In this document: piece by piece, positions 6,564 to 13,514 of the stretch
Numbering within the stretch: position 1 is the first letter of the stretch
Layout of the letters: every line of letters begins with the position of its first letter
Origin: a virus
Virus record (IMG/VR): IMGVR_UViG_3300027858_000001
Coordinates: 1-45,089 of that record
Reading direction: 5' to 3' (one strand)
Length of the DNA: 45,089 bases
The notes under the pieces: model-generated
Database searches by the model: none
Told to the model about the DNA's origin: nothing
Seen by the model: only the letters and a program-made list of their open reading frames with translations
Translations under genes and position numbers: made by a program

Positions 6564-9149
6564 TTATTGTAACAGATCCATCGCATCCAACGGGTTATAG
6601 TCCTTTTCACTGATATCTCTGTTACCAGGTATCGCATCCAGATGTCCTCGCTGCACCTCCAGTTTAGGCACCTCATACGCGAACGTTAATGCTAACGCGT
6701 CATACCAGTCGGGTGACTTGCCAATGCGTTTCTTGACCATATCCTTTGGCTCAATCTTCAACCGCGTGCGCTTGTCGAACAGATAATCCCTGTTGATTAG
6801 CTCTCTCTCCAGCATCTCATCATCCACGAGAGCGCCGCCATTGAGGATCCATGTTCTGAATCGAAACGCCATTTCAGATGCTTTATCTGCGAACTTCTTC
6901 TCATCGTCCGCCTTCCACCCGAATCCCACATCAACGCAGTGATATCCCAGCTGCCTCAGCCGATCCCCAATGGGACCGCCCATCGCCCCCACGTCGAGGA
7001 ACGTTACATTGGGTTTGTGCCGGTCCAGCAGCATCGTAATCTTGGCCACCACGTTCATCGAGTCACGAGAGGTCTCACCGCTGATGCGATACGTCTGGTC
7101 AGACTTAGCATCATGGCCACGCCTGAAAACGATCATACAGTCGTCATCACCGCCACGCGCAAGGTCAACCCCACATACCAGTGGGTCATCGCCTAGATAG
7201 TGTCCTGGACCCCTCTCCATCGCTTCCTTGATGGCATCGCCTGGTATGTACTGCATCTCCGACGCACTGGGGAACTGACCACGTACACGTACCTTGAAGA
7301 AATCAGAATCTTCACCGTAGTCCTCGGCCCATTCCTGAATCAAGTTCTTGTTGGTCATCTTGCATGTACGGCTGTCTATCTGGCGAGTGACCCACCGGTT
7401 GCTGTTGCGGTAGAACGCATCATGGAACTCGCCACTCTTTCGAGTAGGGTTACCGAAGAGGAAATGCATTGGCTCCCCATCAGTCTGGCCACCACGCGCC
7501 ACCTCGTAGATGACATCCGGCACAGCCGATGCCTCATCGAACAGGAACCACGGCGTAGACTCTGCTGCGTGCAAGCCTGCAAATGCCTCTGAGTTCTCTT
7601 CTCTACACGTTTGAGCATCCACCCGCCACTCCGCAGGCAGTCCCTTGTGAGCCAGGCTGGTAGCGGTCCACTCGAACCAGTGGCCAGTGATGCATCGGCG
7701 ATGCCATTTTGCCAGCTCAGACCACGTTTTAGTTTTCAGCTGCTCCCCGGTGTTCGCGGTGACCACACCCTTCGACCGGGGTCGTGTGCTCATGATGAAT
7801 AGTGCGATCCACGAGCTTAGGGCGCTGTTATGAGTGACGATGAAGTCGTTAGCCAGATACAGATGATCGGCTGCTGCCACCTCAATGCACATGCCGTATT
7901 TCATACCGATTGGCTCAATGGAGTCTATCCACCGCTTAGTATAGCGCGACTCTACCTTGTCGCCGAGCATCTTCCGCTTATATGTATGGGTGAAGGGGTT
8001 CCATGTGCCGCCAAAGTTGATGGTACAGCGGTGACAATCTTTCATGGGTTCAGATCGCACACCGTCCTTAACGTAGAACGTTTTCTTCGGTGTAGGGCAC
8101 ATCATCGCCTTGCCACCGAGCGAGCGCACCATCCAGATCAAATCCTCTACCAGGTGCTTGGAGGTGCTGCTATAACCGATGCTACCGGCTTTAGTGACCT
8201 CACCATCAGTGTCGAGCATACCGGCCACCAGATCACGTCTCACAGCCTCTGAGTTGTATTTGTACACATCCGCAATGAACTTGGTGTCACAGGTGACAGG
8301 AGCCATGCCGCAGTCCTTGAGCGCGGTATACAGGCCGGGGAGGGTGGCGCTTGCGAACCCCGTCTCCAAAAAAAGGTTAGTTTCCGTGTTGGGGTGGTAT
8401 TTCATTCTCCCCCATATCTCAGGCCGTGATGAACCGATGACACCTGATATGCTTGATCCATCCCCCAACCACACACCAACACGATACGCATCGTAATGCA
8501 TGCCGTTGTACGCAAACTGCACTGGGTCGCATGTGGGAATCTCCCATTGCCGCGCCATCGCTTTACCATTGGGACGCTTGACCCCCGCCTCCAATAGCTC
8601 CTGCGTCTCCATGACGCGCCACTTGTCGATGCCCTTACGCCGTTCCTGTCGGCCCTTGACTGCCCACTCATGCTCACCGGCGACATCGGTGGAACTGCCG
8701 TCATCGAATGTCACCTTGTAGAACTGCTTCCTGCATCCGCGAGTTCCGGTGATTCGCGTGGGTGTCCCATCCTTACCGAACACATAATCTCCGACCTTCA
8801 AATCGCCCCATTTAATATCTTCCATACCTATCGCCTCTTGGTTGTTTGAGGCGGAAACTATTACACGTTTTGCGTCTTGACACAACCTTTCTGCTTTCCC
8901 GGTGCCATGTCCTGAAGCAGTGGCAAATCGGATAGGTACCGTAGGAGTAAAGCCGTCGAACCCCCTGTCCCGGATCTCATGTCCCCACTCAATCAGGAAC
9001 TCTTTTTGCCATTCATCGGGTCCTGCCTGCCCTGACAGCTCGTCCACGCCCCAATCGAAGGCGAACATGACCCAACCATAGGGGTCACCGTAGAAGTCCC
9101 CCATAGCGTCCAGCAGAGAGATCTCAACCCCGAGCGCATCGGTAGTCAT
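6564..9149 (-). CDS. terL: Terminase large subunit, interrupted by an intein (861-aa precursor, 505-aa extein)
   Basis: ATGA coupling to terS. Walker A GHGTGK|S is restored after removing aa 86-441. Walker B-like FLFDEAS. The C-terminal nuclease-type region contains VCGVDLARGGDD. Confidence 0.85.
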   Translation of the reverse strand: MTTDALGVEISLLDAMGDFYGDPYGWVMFAFDWGVDELSGQAGPDEWQKEFLIEWGHEIRDRGFDGFTPTVPIRFATASGHGTGKAERLCQDAKRVIVSASNNQEAIGMEDIKWGDLKVGDYVFGKDGTPTRITGTRGCRKQFYKVTFDDGSSTDVAGEHEWAVKGRQERRKGIDKWRVMETQELLEAGVKRPNGKAMARQWEIPTCDPVQFAYNGMHYDAYRVGVWLGDGSSISGVIGSSRPEIWGRMKYHPNTETNLFLETGFASATLPGLYTALKDCGMAPVTCDTKFIADVYKYNSEAVRRDLVAGMLDTDGEVTKAGSIGYSSTSKHLVEDLIWMVRSLGGKAMMCPTPKKTFYVKDGVRSEPMKDCHRCTINFGGTWNPFTHTYKRKMLGDKVESRYTKRWIDSIEPIGMKYGMCIEVAAADHLYLANDFIVTHNSALSSWIALFIMSTRPRSKGVVTANTGEQLKTKTWSELAKWHRRCITGHWFEWTATSLAHKGLPAEWRVDAQTCREENSEAFAGLHAAESTPWFLFDEASAVPDVIYEVARGGQTDGEPMHFLFGNPTRKSGEFHDAFYRNSNRWVTRQIDSRTCKMTNKNLIQEWAEDYGEDSDFFKVRVRGQFPSASEMQYIPGDAIKEAMERGPGHYLGDDPLVCGVDLARGGDDDCMIVFRRGHDAKSDQTYRISGETSRDSMNVVAKITMLLDRHKPNVTFLDVGAMGGPIGDRLRQLGYHCVDVGFGWKADDEKKFADKASEMAFRFRTWILNGGALVDDEMLERELINRDYLFDKRTRLKIEPKDMVKKRIGKSPDWYDALALTFAYEVPKLEVQRGHLDAIPGNRDISEKDYNPLDAMDLLQ
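7827..8894 (-). mobile_element. Class 3 (WCT) intein with a LAGLIDADG homing-endonuclease domain in the TerL P-loop (356 aa)
   Basis: Boundaries are GTGK|AERL... and ...FIVTHN|S. Block B is GEHEW, block F is YGMCIEV and block G is VTHN. LAGLIDADG motifs are VGVWLGDGSS and LVAGMLDTDGEV. Codon positions were checked against the DNA. Confidence 0.8.
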
Positions 9150-9598
9150 AGAAACGACACCTCATCATCGTCACCGGGTGAGGACAGCCTGGCTCGACCG
9201 CGTTGTATCCGCGCTGCCGCATCATCGGGGGTCAGCATGTTGACATCGTGTTTAGCTGATGCCAGTCCATCAACCAGCTTGTGCTTGTTCATCTCCGACA
9301 GAACGCGTGTGCTGACTCCCAGGTCACCCGCCTGTCGAGCCAGTAGGTGGTTGTCGGCCAGTTCAAGCAGTATCCACTCAGCGTCGATGTCAGAGCTTGC
9401 CAGACGACGCAGCAGGATCTTCTCGATCGCTTCCTTAACATTGTCTCGCTCCAACAGCCGTATCGCAATGGCATTACCGAATCCAACTCGCTCGGCAGCT
9501 CTACCGGGGTTGAAGTCCTTGGTGTACTCAATGACGAACGAGAGTTCTCTGTCATTCATCGCGGGCAATCCGTCAACCTTTATTTTTCGCATAGTCAT
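9146..9598 (-). CDS. terS: Terminase small subunit (Terminase_2-like, about 150 aa)
   Basis: The DRELSFVIEYTKDFNPGRAAERVGFGN block matches the small-terminase HTH region. Lies directly upstream of terL with an ATGA overlap. The start was placed at ATG 9598 because the longer ORF (to 9796) runs through non-coding tandem repeats. Confidence 0.7.
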   Translation of the reverse strand: MTMRKIKVDGLPAMNDRELSFVIEYTKDFNPGRAAERVGFGNAIAIRLLERDNVKEAIEKILLRRLASSDIDAEWILLELADNHLLARQAGDLGVSTRVLSEMNKHKLVDGLASAKHDVNMLTPDDAAARIQRGRARLSSPGDDDEVSFL

Positions 9599-9679
9599 CA
9601 ACCGAAATGAAAAACAGTGTACCACGGCCCTTTTTACCGGGTTGAAAACACCCCCTATTTGACCGGTTGGGAAGAGACT

Positions 9680-9724
9680 GTGTTCATTCATGTTGTGTTC
9701 ATTCATGTTGTGTTTATCCGTGTT
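9680..9724. repeat. Three tandem 15-mers (GTGTTCATTCATGTT x2 plus the degenerate GTGTTTATCCGTGTT) upstream of terS
   Basis: Read directly from the sequence: 9680-9694, 9695-9709, 9710-9724. Confidence 0.9.
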
Positions 9725-9943
9725 TCCTTGGCGGTTTTTGCGTTTTCCGATTACATTCAAGGTTTTTTTCACTAGTGCGAAAAACTCCCGAACCAATTTT
9801 TCAGACCCCTAAATCCACGCGAATCTTCTAATAGGTATACTGGTATTGGGTTACAGAGGTTTTTTCGGCAAAACGTCACAAATAAACACAGTGCCTCTAA
9901 GTCAAGCCCAGTAAGGGTTAGAGTGAGTTATCCACAATTTTGA

Positions 9944-10034
9944 AAACCACCAAGGACACAGTACGAAGCATTTTTTTTTCGCTCCTAAGTCGTTGATCTA
10001 CGGTAACATTCAGAAACTGTGTCCTTGGTGGTTT
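9944..10034. promoter_or_regulatory. 19-bp perfect inverted repeat with a 53-nt spacer in the divergent control region
   Basis: aaaccaccaaggacacagt (9944-9962) is the exact reverse complement of actgtgtccttggtggttt (10016-10034). The spacer contains a T9 run. Confidence 0.85.
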
Positions 10035-10100
10035 ACGTTCGCCTTTATTTGTTGTACATTTGCACAACATAACAATTGTCTCAAGTTGTTACACCACCAG

Positions 10101-10127
10101 CCGTCACAAAATCACGAACCGTCACAA
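10101..10127. promoter_or_regulatory. Direct repeats CCGTCACAA x2 (18-bp period), with a related ACGTCACAA at 9873-9881
   Basis: Exact 9-mers at 10101-10109 and 10119-10127 in the non-coding control region. Confidence 0.7.
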
Positions 10128-10154
10128 CATTTCTCAGCACAAAAAAGAAAAAAT

Positions 10155-10184
10155 TGGACATATTTCGATAAGGTGTTGTACACT
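10155..10184 (+). promoter_or_regulatory. Candidate early promoter (TGGACA-N18-TACACT) with an upstream A-tract
   Basis: -35-like hexamer at 10155-10160 and -10-like hexamer at 10179-10184, preceded by the A-tract aaaaaagaaaaaa. Lies about 35 nt upstream of the first early gene. Overlaps the TGTTGTACA motif. Confidence 0.3.
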
Positions 10185-10218
10185 TGTGTAACACCACATT
10201 CACACCAGGAGATTCAGC

Positions 10219-10452
10219 ATGTTTTTTTATAAAATCGACCCCCAGAGCAAACTGTTCGCCCACCTTGAAGCCGCAATCGAGGTCGCATTCAAAGAAGCTG
10301 ACAACTACTGGGCCCGCCGCAACATCAGCGCAGCTCGTGCAGTCCTGCAGGTCGCTGACGTTAAGAACGCGGTTAAGAACGGTATCCTCACCGAAGCCAG
10401 GGTAACCAAAGGGACCCACCAACTAGGTCTTATATTAAAGAGTATGTCATGA
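10219..10452 (+). CDS. Early hypothetical protein (77 aa)
   Basis: CAGGAGA RBS. First gene of the plus-strand arm. Confidence 0.6.
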   Translation: MFFYKIDPQSKLFAHLEAAIEVAFKEADNYWARRNISAARAVLQVADVKNAVKNGILTEARVTKGTHQLGLILKSMS

Positions 10453-10850
10453 AGGTCGGTGACATCTACGGTATGCGGCAAGTCCTCTCCATCAACAACG
10501 ACCGGAGCGTCAACACCCGGTGTGATGGAGACTACAGCCCCTCTTGCTTGAAGAATGCCCCCACCCGTCCAGCGGTATTGATTAACTCCACGGTATGTAT
10601 AAAGTGTAGGTACACTACCAGCTATAATAAAAGCCCCCGGCCACGCCGGACCGTTAAGAAACTGAGGGAAACAACCATGAAGCCAGACAGATCCTTAATG
10701 CTCATCGCGCTAAGTGCAATACAGATCGAGATCGCCGAGGTAACCGACCGGATGATCAACACTCAAAGCGAAAGCAAACGCAAGATGTACTTAGCTGAAG
10801 TATCCAATGCAGTCACCCGGTATAACCACATCAAAGGATTACTCGAATGA
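10449..10850 (+). CDS. Early hypothetical protein (133 aa). A separate 57-aa product starting at ATG 10677 is also possible.
   Basis: ATGA overlap with the upstream gene. An internal GAGGGAAACAACCATG and a TATAAT at 10623-10628 suggest an alternative internal start. Confidence 0.45.
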   Translation: MKVGDIYGMRQVLSINNDRSVNTRCDGDYSPSCLKNAPTRPAVLINSTVCIKCRYTTSYNKSPRPRRTVKKLRETTMKPDRSLMLIALSAIQIEIAEVTDRMINTQSESKRKMYLAEVSNAVTRYNHIKGLLE

Positions 10851-11011
10851 ACGTTATCACTAGCTACTATCAATGCAGCGCCTGTGCGTACGACTGGGCA
10901 GTTGACTGGGACGGCGACGACACATCCACCGGTGATATCGCCGATGAATGCCCTGAGTGCGGTCACAAGCCGGTACAACCCTACGAATGGGAGGAGGAGG
11001 TTAATGGATAA
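10847..11011 (+). CDS. Zinc-ribbon protein, 54 aa (CxxC...CxxC), absent from the ORF track
   Basis: ATGA overlap with the upstream stop. Translates to MNVITSYYQCSACAYDWAVDWDGDDTSTGDIADECPECGHKPVQPYEWEEEVNG. Its 3' end supplies the GGAGGAGGAGG RBS for the next gene. Confidence 0.55.
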   Translation: MNVITSYYQCSACAYDWAVDWDGDDTSTGDIADECPECGHKPVQPYEWEEEVNG

Positions 11012-11195
11012 CGAACAGCTATTAAAAGAGAACGCCAAGCTCAAAGAGCTGTGCCAATCGAACCACGACCACGCCTGTGAACTGCTCGCCATGCTAGACG
11101 AGGTGAAAAAAGACCGCGGGGTCATGGATAACGCTTTAAGTTACTGTCTATTTTTCGCCGCTGGCATAGTCACGGCACTATTGGTGATGCAATGA
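11004..11195 (+). CDS. Small coiled-coil protein with a C-terminal TM anchor (63 aa)
   Basis: ATG 11004 follows a GGAGGAGGAGG RBS. Translates to MDNEQLLKENAKLKEL...YCLFFAAGIVTALLVMQ. Confidence 0.55.
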   Translation: MDNEQLLKENAKLKELCQSNHDHACELLAMLDEVKKDRGVMDNALSYCLFFAAGIVTALLVMQ

Positions 11196-11458
11196 AAACA
11201 GCAATATTTGAACGCAGCACAAGCGCAGCTCGCCCATCAGTGATCGTCCTGTACCTGGGACCCGGTGATATCCGCGAGCTATCCATCAACCAGGCTCAGC
11301 ACCTGTATGAGTCGATCGACATGCAGCTCAGTCACATGGTAGTCATTGTCACTACCGGTGAAGGCGATACCCGCACGATGTCGATACCCGATGCCAAGCA
11401 CCTGCACCAGTCGCTTGAGGCGGCGTTAACCGACGAACGGGAGTACCGGGGTGGATGA
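11192..11458 (+). CDS. Early hypothetical protein (88 aa) with an internal two-fold repeat
   Basis: ATGA overlap. DIRELSINQAQHLYESIDMQL and DTRTMSIPDAKHLHQSLEAAL are related halves. Confidence 0.55.
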   Translation: MKTAIFERSTSAARPSVIVLYLGPGDIRELSINQAQHLYESIDMQLSHMVVIVTTGEGDTRTMSIPDAKHLHQSLEAALTDEREYRGG

Positions 11459-11485
11459 TTTATTTTAAATAATTTCAAATAACTC

Positions 11486-11513
11486 TTGCTTTGTTTAAAT
11501 AGTTGGTTATAAT
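11486..11513 (+). promoter_or_regulatory. Sigma70-type promoter TTGCTT-N16-TATAAT
   Basis: -35 at 11486-11491 and a perfect -10 at 11508-11513, with AT-rich upstream DNA. Lies about 30 nt upstream of ATG 11542. Confidence 0.5.
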
Positions 11514-11541
11514 GATCACATCAACACTGGAGAAAAACGAA

Positions 11542-11766
11542 ATGAATGGCACTAAACAGATGGCAACCAGAATCGTAAACGCAGAAGAATCCTTTATCAG
11601 CTCTGTGATGGATCAGTTTGACAAAACCTACGAAGAATCAGAAAAAGTTTTAGCAGTTTTCAAAAAAGCAAAGGCAGTAAGAATTGACCCTGTTGGTGGG
11701 CAGTTTAGACTTACATCTGGATTGTTTTGGGAAGCTGATGTTATCAATAACGCATTATCGTCATAA
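11542..11766 (+). CDS. Hypothetical protein (74 aa) in an AT-rich islet
   Basis: GGAGAA RBS. The start was chosen downstream of the promoter. By eye, the composition is more AT-rich than the flanking DNA. Confidence 0.55.
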   Translation: MNGTKQMATRIVNAEESFISSVMDQFDKTYEESEKVLAVFKKAKAVRIDPVGGQFRLTSGLFWEADVINNALSS

Positions 11767-11768
11767 GA

Positions 11769-11930
11769 ATGACCCCATCACAACAAGCAAAAAGCGTGGG
11801 GCTTAAGAACCTCACGCAAGTTAGTAAGATTACAGGCGTTAGCCTTAACACACTCATAAACTGGCACAGGGACAAACCAGAGCTGTTTTTGGTTGTTCTT
11901 CTTGGATGCCTTGTGAGATTGGAGACATAA
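11769..11930 (+). CDS. Small helix-turn-helix DNA-binding protein, 53 aa, absent from the ORF track
   Basis: Translates to MTPSQQAKSVGLKNLTQVSKITGVSLNTLINWHRDKPELFLVVLLGCLVRLET. LTQVSKITGVSLNTLINW is a classic HTH. Tightly packed between neighbouring genes. Confidence 0.6.
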   Translation: MTPSQQAKSVGLKNLTQVSKITGVSLNTLINWHRDKPELFLVVLLGCLVRLET

Positions 11931-11932
11931 CA

Positions 11933-12088
11933 ATGGATGACATGGATACACTCGAACAGTACGTGAAGATGTTAGAAAACCGAGTCGCATGGCTCACCAA
12001 GATGGAGGATAGCAGGGTCACTGCCCACATCATAAACGCTACAATTTTTTTCTGTCTAGGTGCGGGAATCGCCCGCGCCTTTGGATAA
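11933..12088 (+). CDS. Small protein with a C-terminal TM anchor (51 aa)
   Basis: GGAGA RBS upstream of ATG 11933. Ends ...HIINATIFFCLGAGIARAFG. Confidence 0.5.
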   Translation: MDDMDTLEQYVKMLENRVAWLTKMEDSRVTAHIINATIFFCLGAGIARAFG

Positions 12089-12104
12089 CCCAGGAGAACC
12101 ACCA

Positions 12105-12698
12105 ATGAAAAACGCAACTTTAATAGTTCTAGCCATGTTCACCGGTAGCGCAATGGCAGAGTACGACACGCCACAATCTTCGTCTTCTAGCTATGCTGCT
12201 GCTTTAGCTGCACAAGGCCAGGCACAACGGCAATCAATGGCTCAGACAGCCACAGGCGGGAACGCATCGGTGGTAAACGACCACCGGTCATCGGTATCGT
12301 TTAAGGATCGAGTGGCTCCGCCTACCCCAAGAACAGCGACCAATTGCATAAACGGCGTGTGCCGTGCGACGCCAGTTTTCACCATAAACGGCGGCCACGA
12401 TGAAGGCATGGGATCGGTTATAGGGTTTGGCGTCTCGGTTCCATTCGGCGGCGGCGGTAAGGCAACAGCCAGGGCGCTAGCCTACGCTGCTAAAAAGCAG
12501 GAAGAAGAGCATGTCATGGCCATAGAGGCGCACCAAGCTGAAATGGCGAGCATGTGCATGGTTCTCCATACGGTGCTAAAGGTTAAAACCGAGACTAACG
12601 CAGAGCTGTTCGACCGCTGCGCCGGCTTCGAGCACCACAAAGGCGCCATTGTTTCACACAGCGGCCACGGCGATCCTCGCCAGGTTTCACCGCATTAA
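12105..12698 (+). CDS. Secreted early protein with a cleavable signal peptide (197 aa)
   Basis: GGAGAACCACCAATG initiation region. The N-terminus MKNATLIVLAMFTGSAMA|EY is a typical Sec signal. Confidence 0.65.
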   Translation: MKNATLIVLAMFTGSAMAEYDTPQSSSSSYAAALAAQGQAQRQSMAQTATGGNASVVNDHRSSVSFKDRVAPPTPRTATNCINGVCRATPVFTINGGHDEGMGSVIGFGVSVPFGGGGKATARALAYAAKKQEEEHVMAIEAHQAEMASMCMVLHTVLKVKTETNAELFDRCAGFEHHKGAIVSHSGHGDPRQVSPH

Positions 12699-12713
12699 TT
12701 GGAGATCGACCAA

Positions 12714-13040
12714 ATGCCGATAATTAATATGGACGAATTGCACGAGACGACTAACAAACTGGAAGGGCCCACCATGCATCATAGAAAAAAGACAGCGGCC
12801 GATCTGGAAAGCGACCACAATGATTTAAGGTCTCTTTTGCATCTAGCAGATCACTTCATCCATGAATATAGCAGACACTACAACACGACGTTACTGACAA
12901 ATACCCCAGAAGCAAGTGATGTTGATGATGTGATTTTAAAACACAATCACAGGCGCAACATTTATATACAGCTAGCCGATAAAGAATCGGCAATAATCCT
13001 CGCGCTGGAGGAATGGCGCGCCAAGGAGCAGCAACCATGA
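12714..13040 (+). CDS. Early hypothetical protein, His/acid-rich (108 aa)
   Basis: GGAGAT RBS 8 nt upstream of ATG 12714. Confidence 0.5.
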   Translation: MPIINMDELHETTNKLEGPTMHHRKKTAADLESDHNDLRSLLHLADHFIHEYSRHYNTTLLTNTPEASDVDDVILKHNHRRNIYIQLADKESAIILALEEWRAKEQQP

Positions 13041-13195
13041 ACGAAGCCGGAGTAATCATCACACAATTCATAGTTCTTATGCAGCAGCAGGGGGTGTGGC
13101 CGTGTCATTTAATCCCCGGTGAAGAGCCACAACCGATGGCAGTCGAAGCCCTTGCCTCAATGAAGAACGAATATCTGGAGATCCACCATGAATAA
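13037..13195 (+). CDS. Early hypothetical protein (52 aa)
   Basis: ATGA overlap with the upstream stop. Confidence 0.4.
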   Translation: MNEAGVIITQFIVLMQQQGVWPCHLIPGEEPQPMAVEALASMKNEYLEIHHE

Positions 13196-13433
13196 GACCA
13201 CATTAATGTTACGACAGGAAATCAGGCAGCTGCAGGATGAGAAGACCAAACTTCAAACCACCTGCATCGACTTGAGAGCTGACATCTACCTGAAGGAAAG
13301 AATGGTTAAGTACCACCGCCGCAACACTGAGGAAGCGAATCAGCGGATGAGCACCCACATCGCGAAAGAGCGCCGCACAACTATATACCTGGTTGTACTC
13401 GCCGTCGTAGCTTGCGGTGCCACTTTCATGTAA
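13188..13433 (+). CDS. Coiled-coil protein with a C-terminal TM anchor (81 aa)
   Basis: GGAGATCCACCATG initiation region. Ends ...RTTIYLVVLAVVACGATFM. Confidence 0.6.
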   Translation: MNKTTLMLRQEIRQLQDEKTKLQTTCIDLRADIYLKERMVKYHRRNTEEANQRMSTHIAKERRTTIYLVVLAVVACGATFM

Positions 13434-13514
13434 AAACAGGAGTCAATTTATGGCTGACCAAACCGTGAAGTATAAGTTAACGAATAAAGTTGCACAACCA
13501 TAGGAGATACCACC

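Noticed and set aside
9680-9724. Possible CRISPR-like array
   Set aside because: There are only three directly abutting 15-bp units with no spacers, and no cas genes. This is a simple tandem repeat.
9599-9796. N-terminal 66-aa extension of the terS ORF (start at 9796)
   Set aside because: The extension reads through the tandem 15-mers (giving HNMNEHNMNEH), has no RBS and shows no similarity to small-terminase N-termini. The conserved terS region begins after ATG 9598.
9993-10232. 79-aa ORF (and the antisense 10081-10422 ORF) in the control region
   Set aside because: Non-ATG start, no RBS, and a Cys/His/Phe-rich translation. It overlaps the inverted repeat, the promoter-like elements and the start of the first early gene.
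10600-10660. Internal promoter (TATAAT at 10623-10628, with the AGTGTA-GG-TACACT palindrome) and a ccggc-cac-gccgg hairpin inside ORF 10449-10850
   Set aside because: There is no acceptable -35 element and the hairpin is weak and lacks a U-tract. I kept this only as a note on a possible alternative start at 10677.
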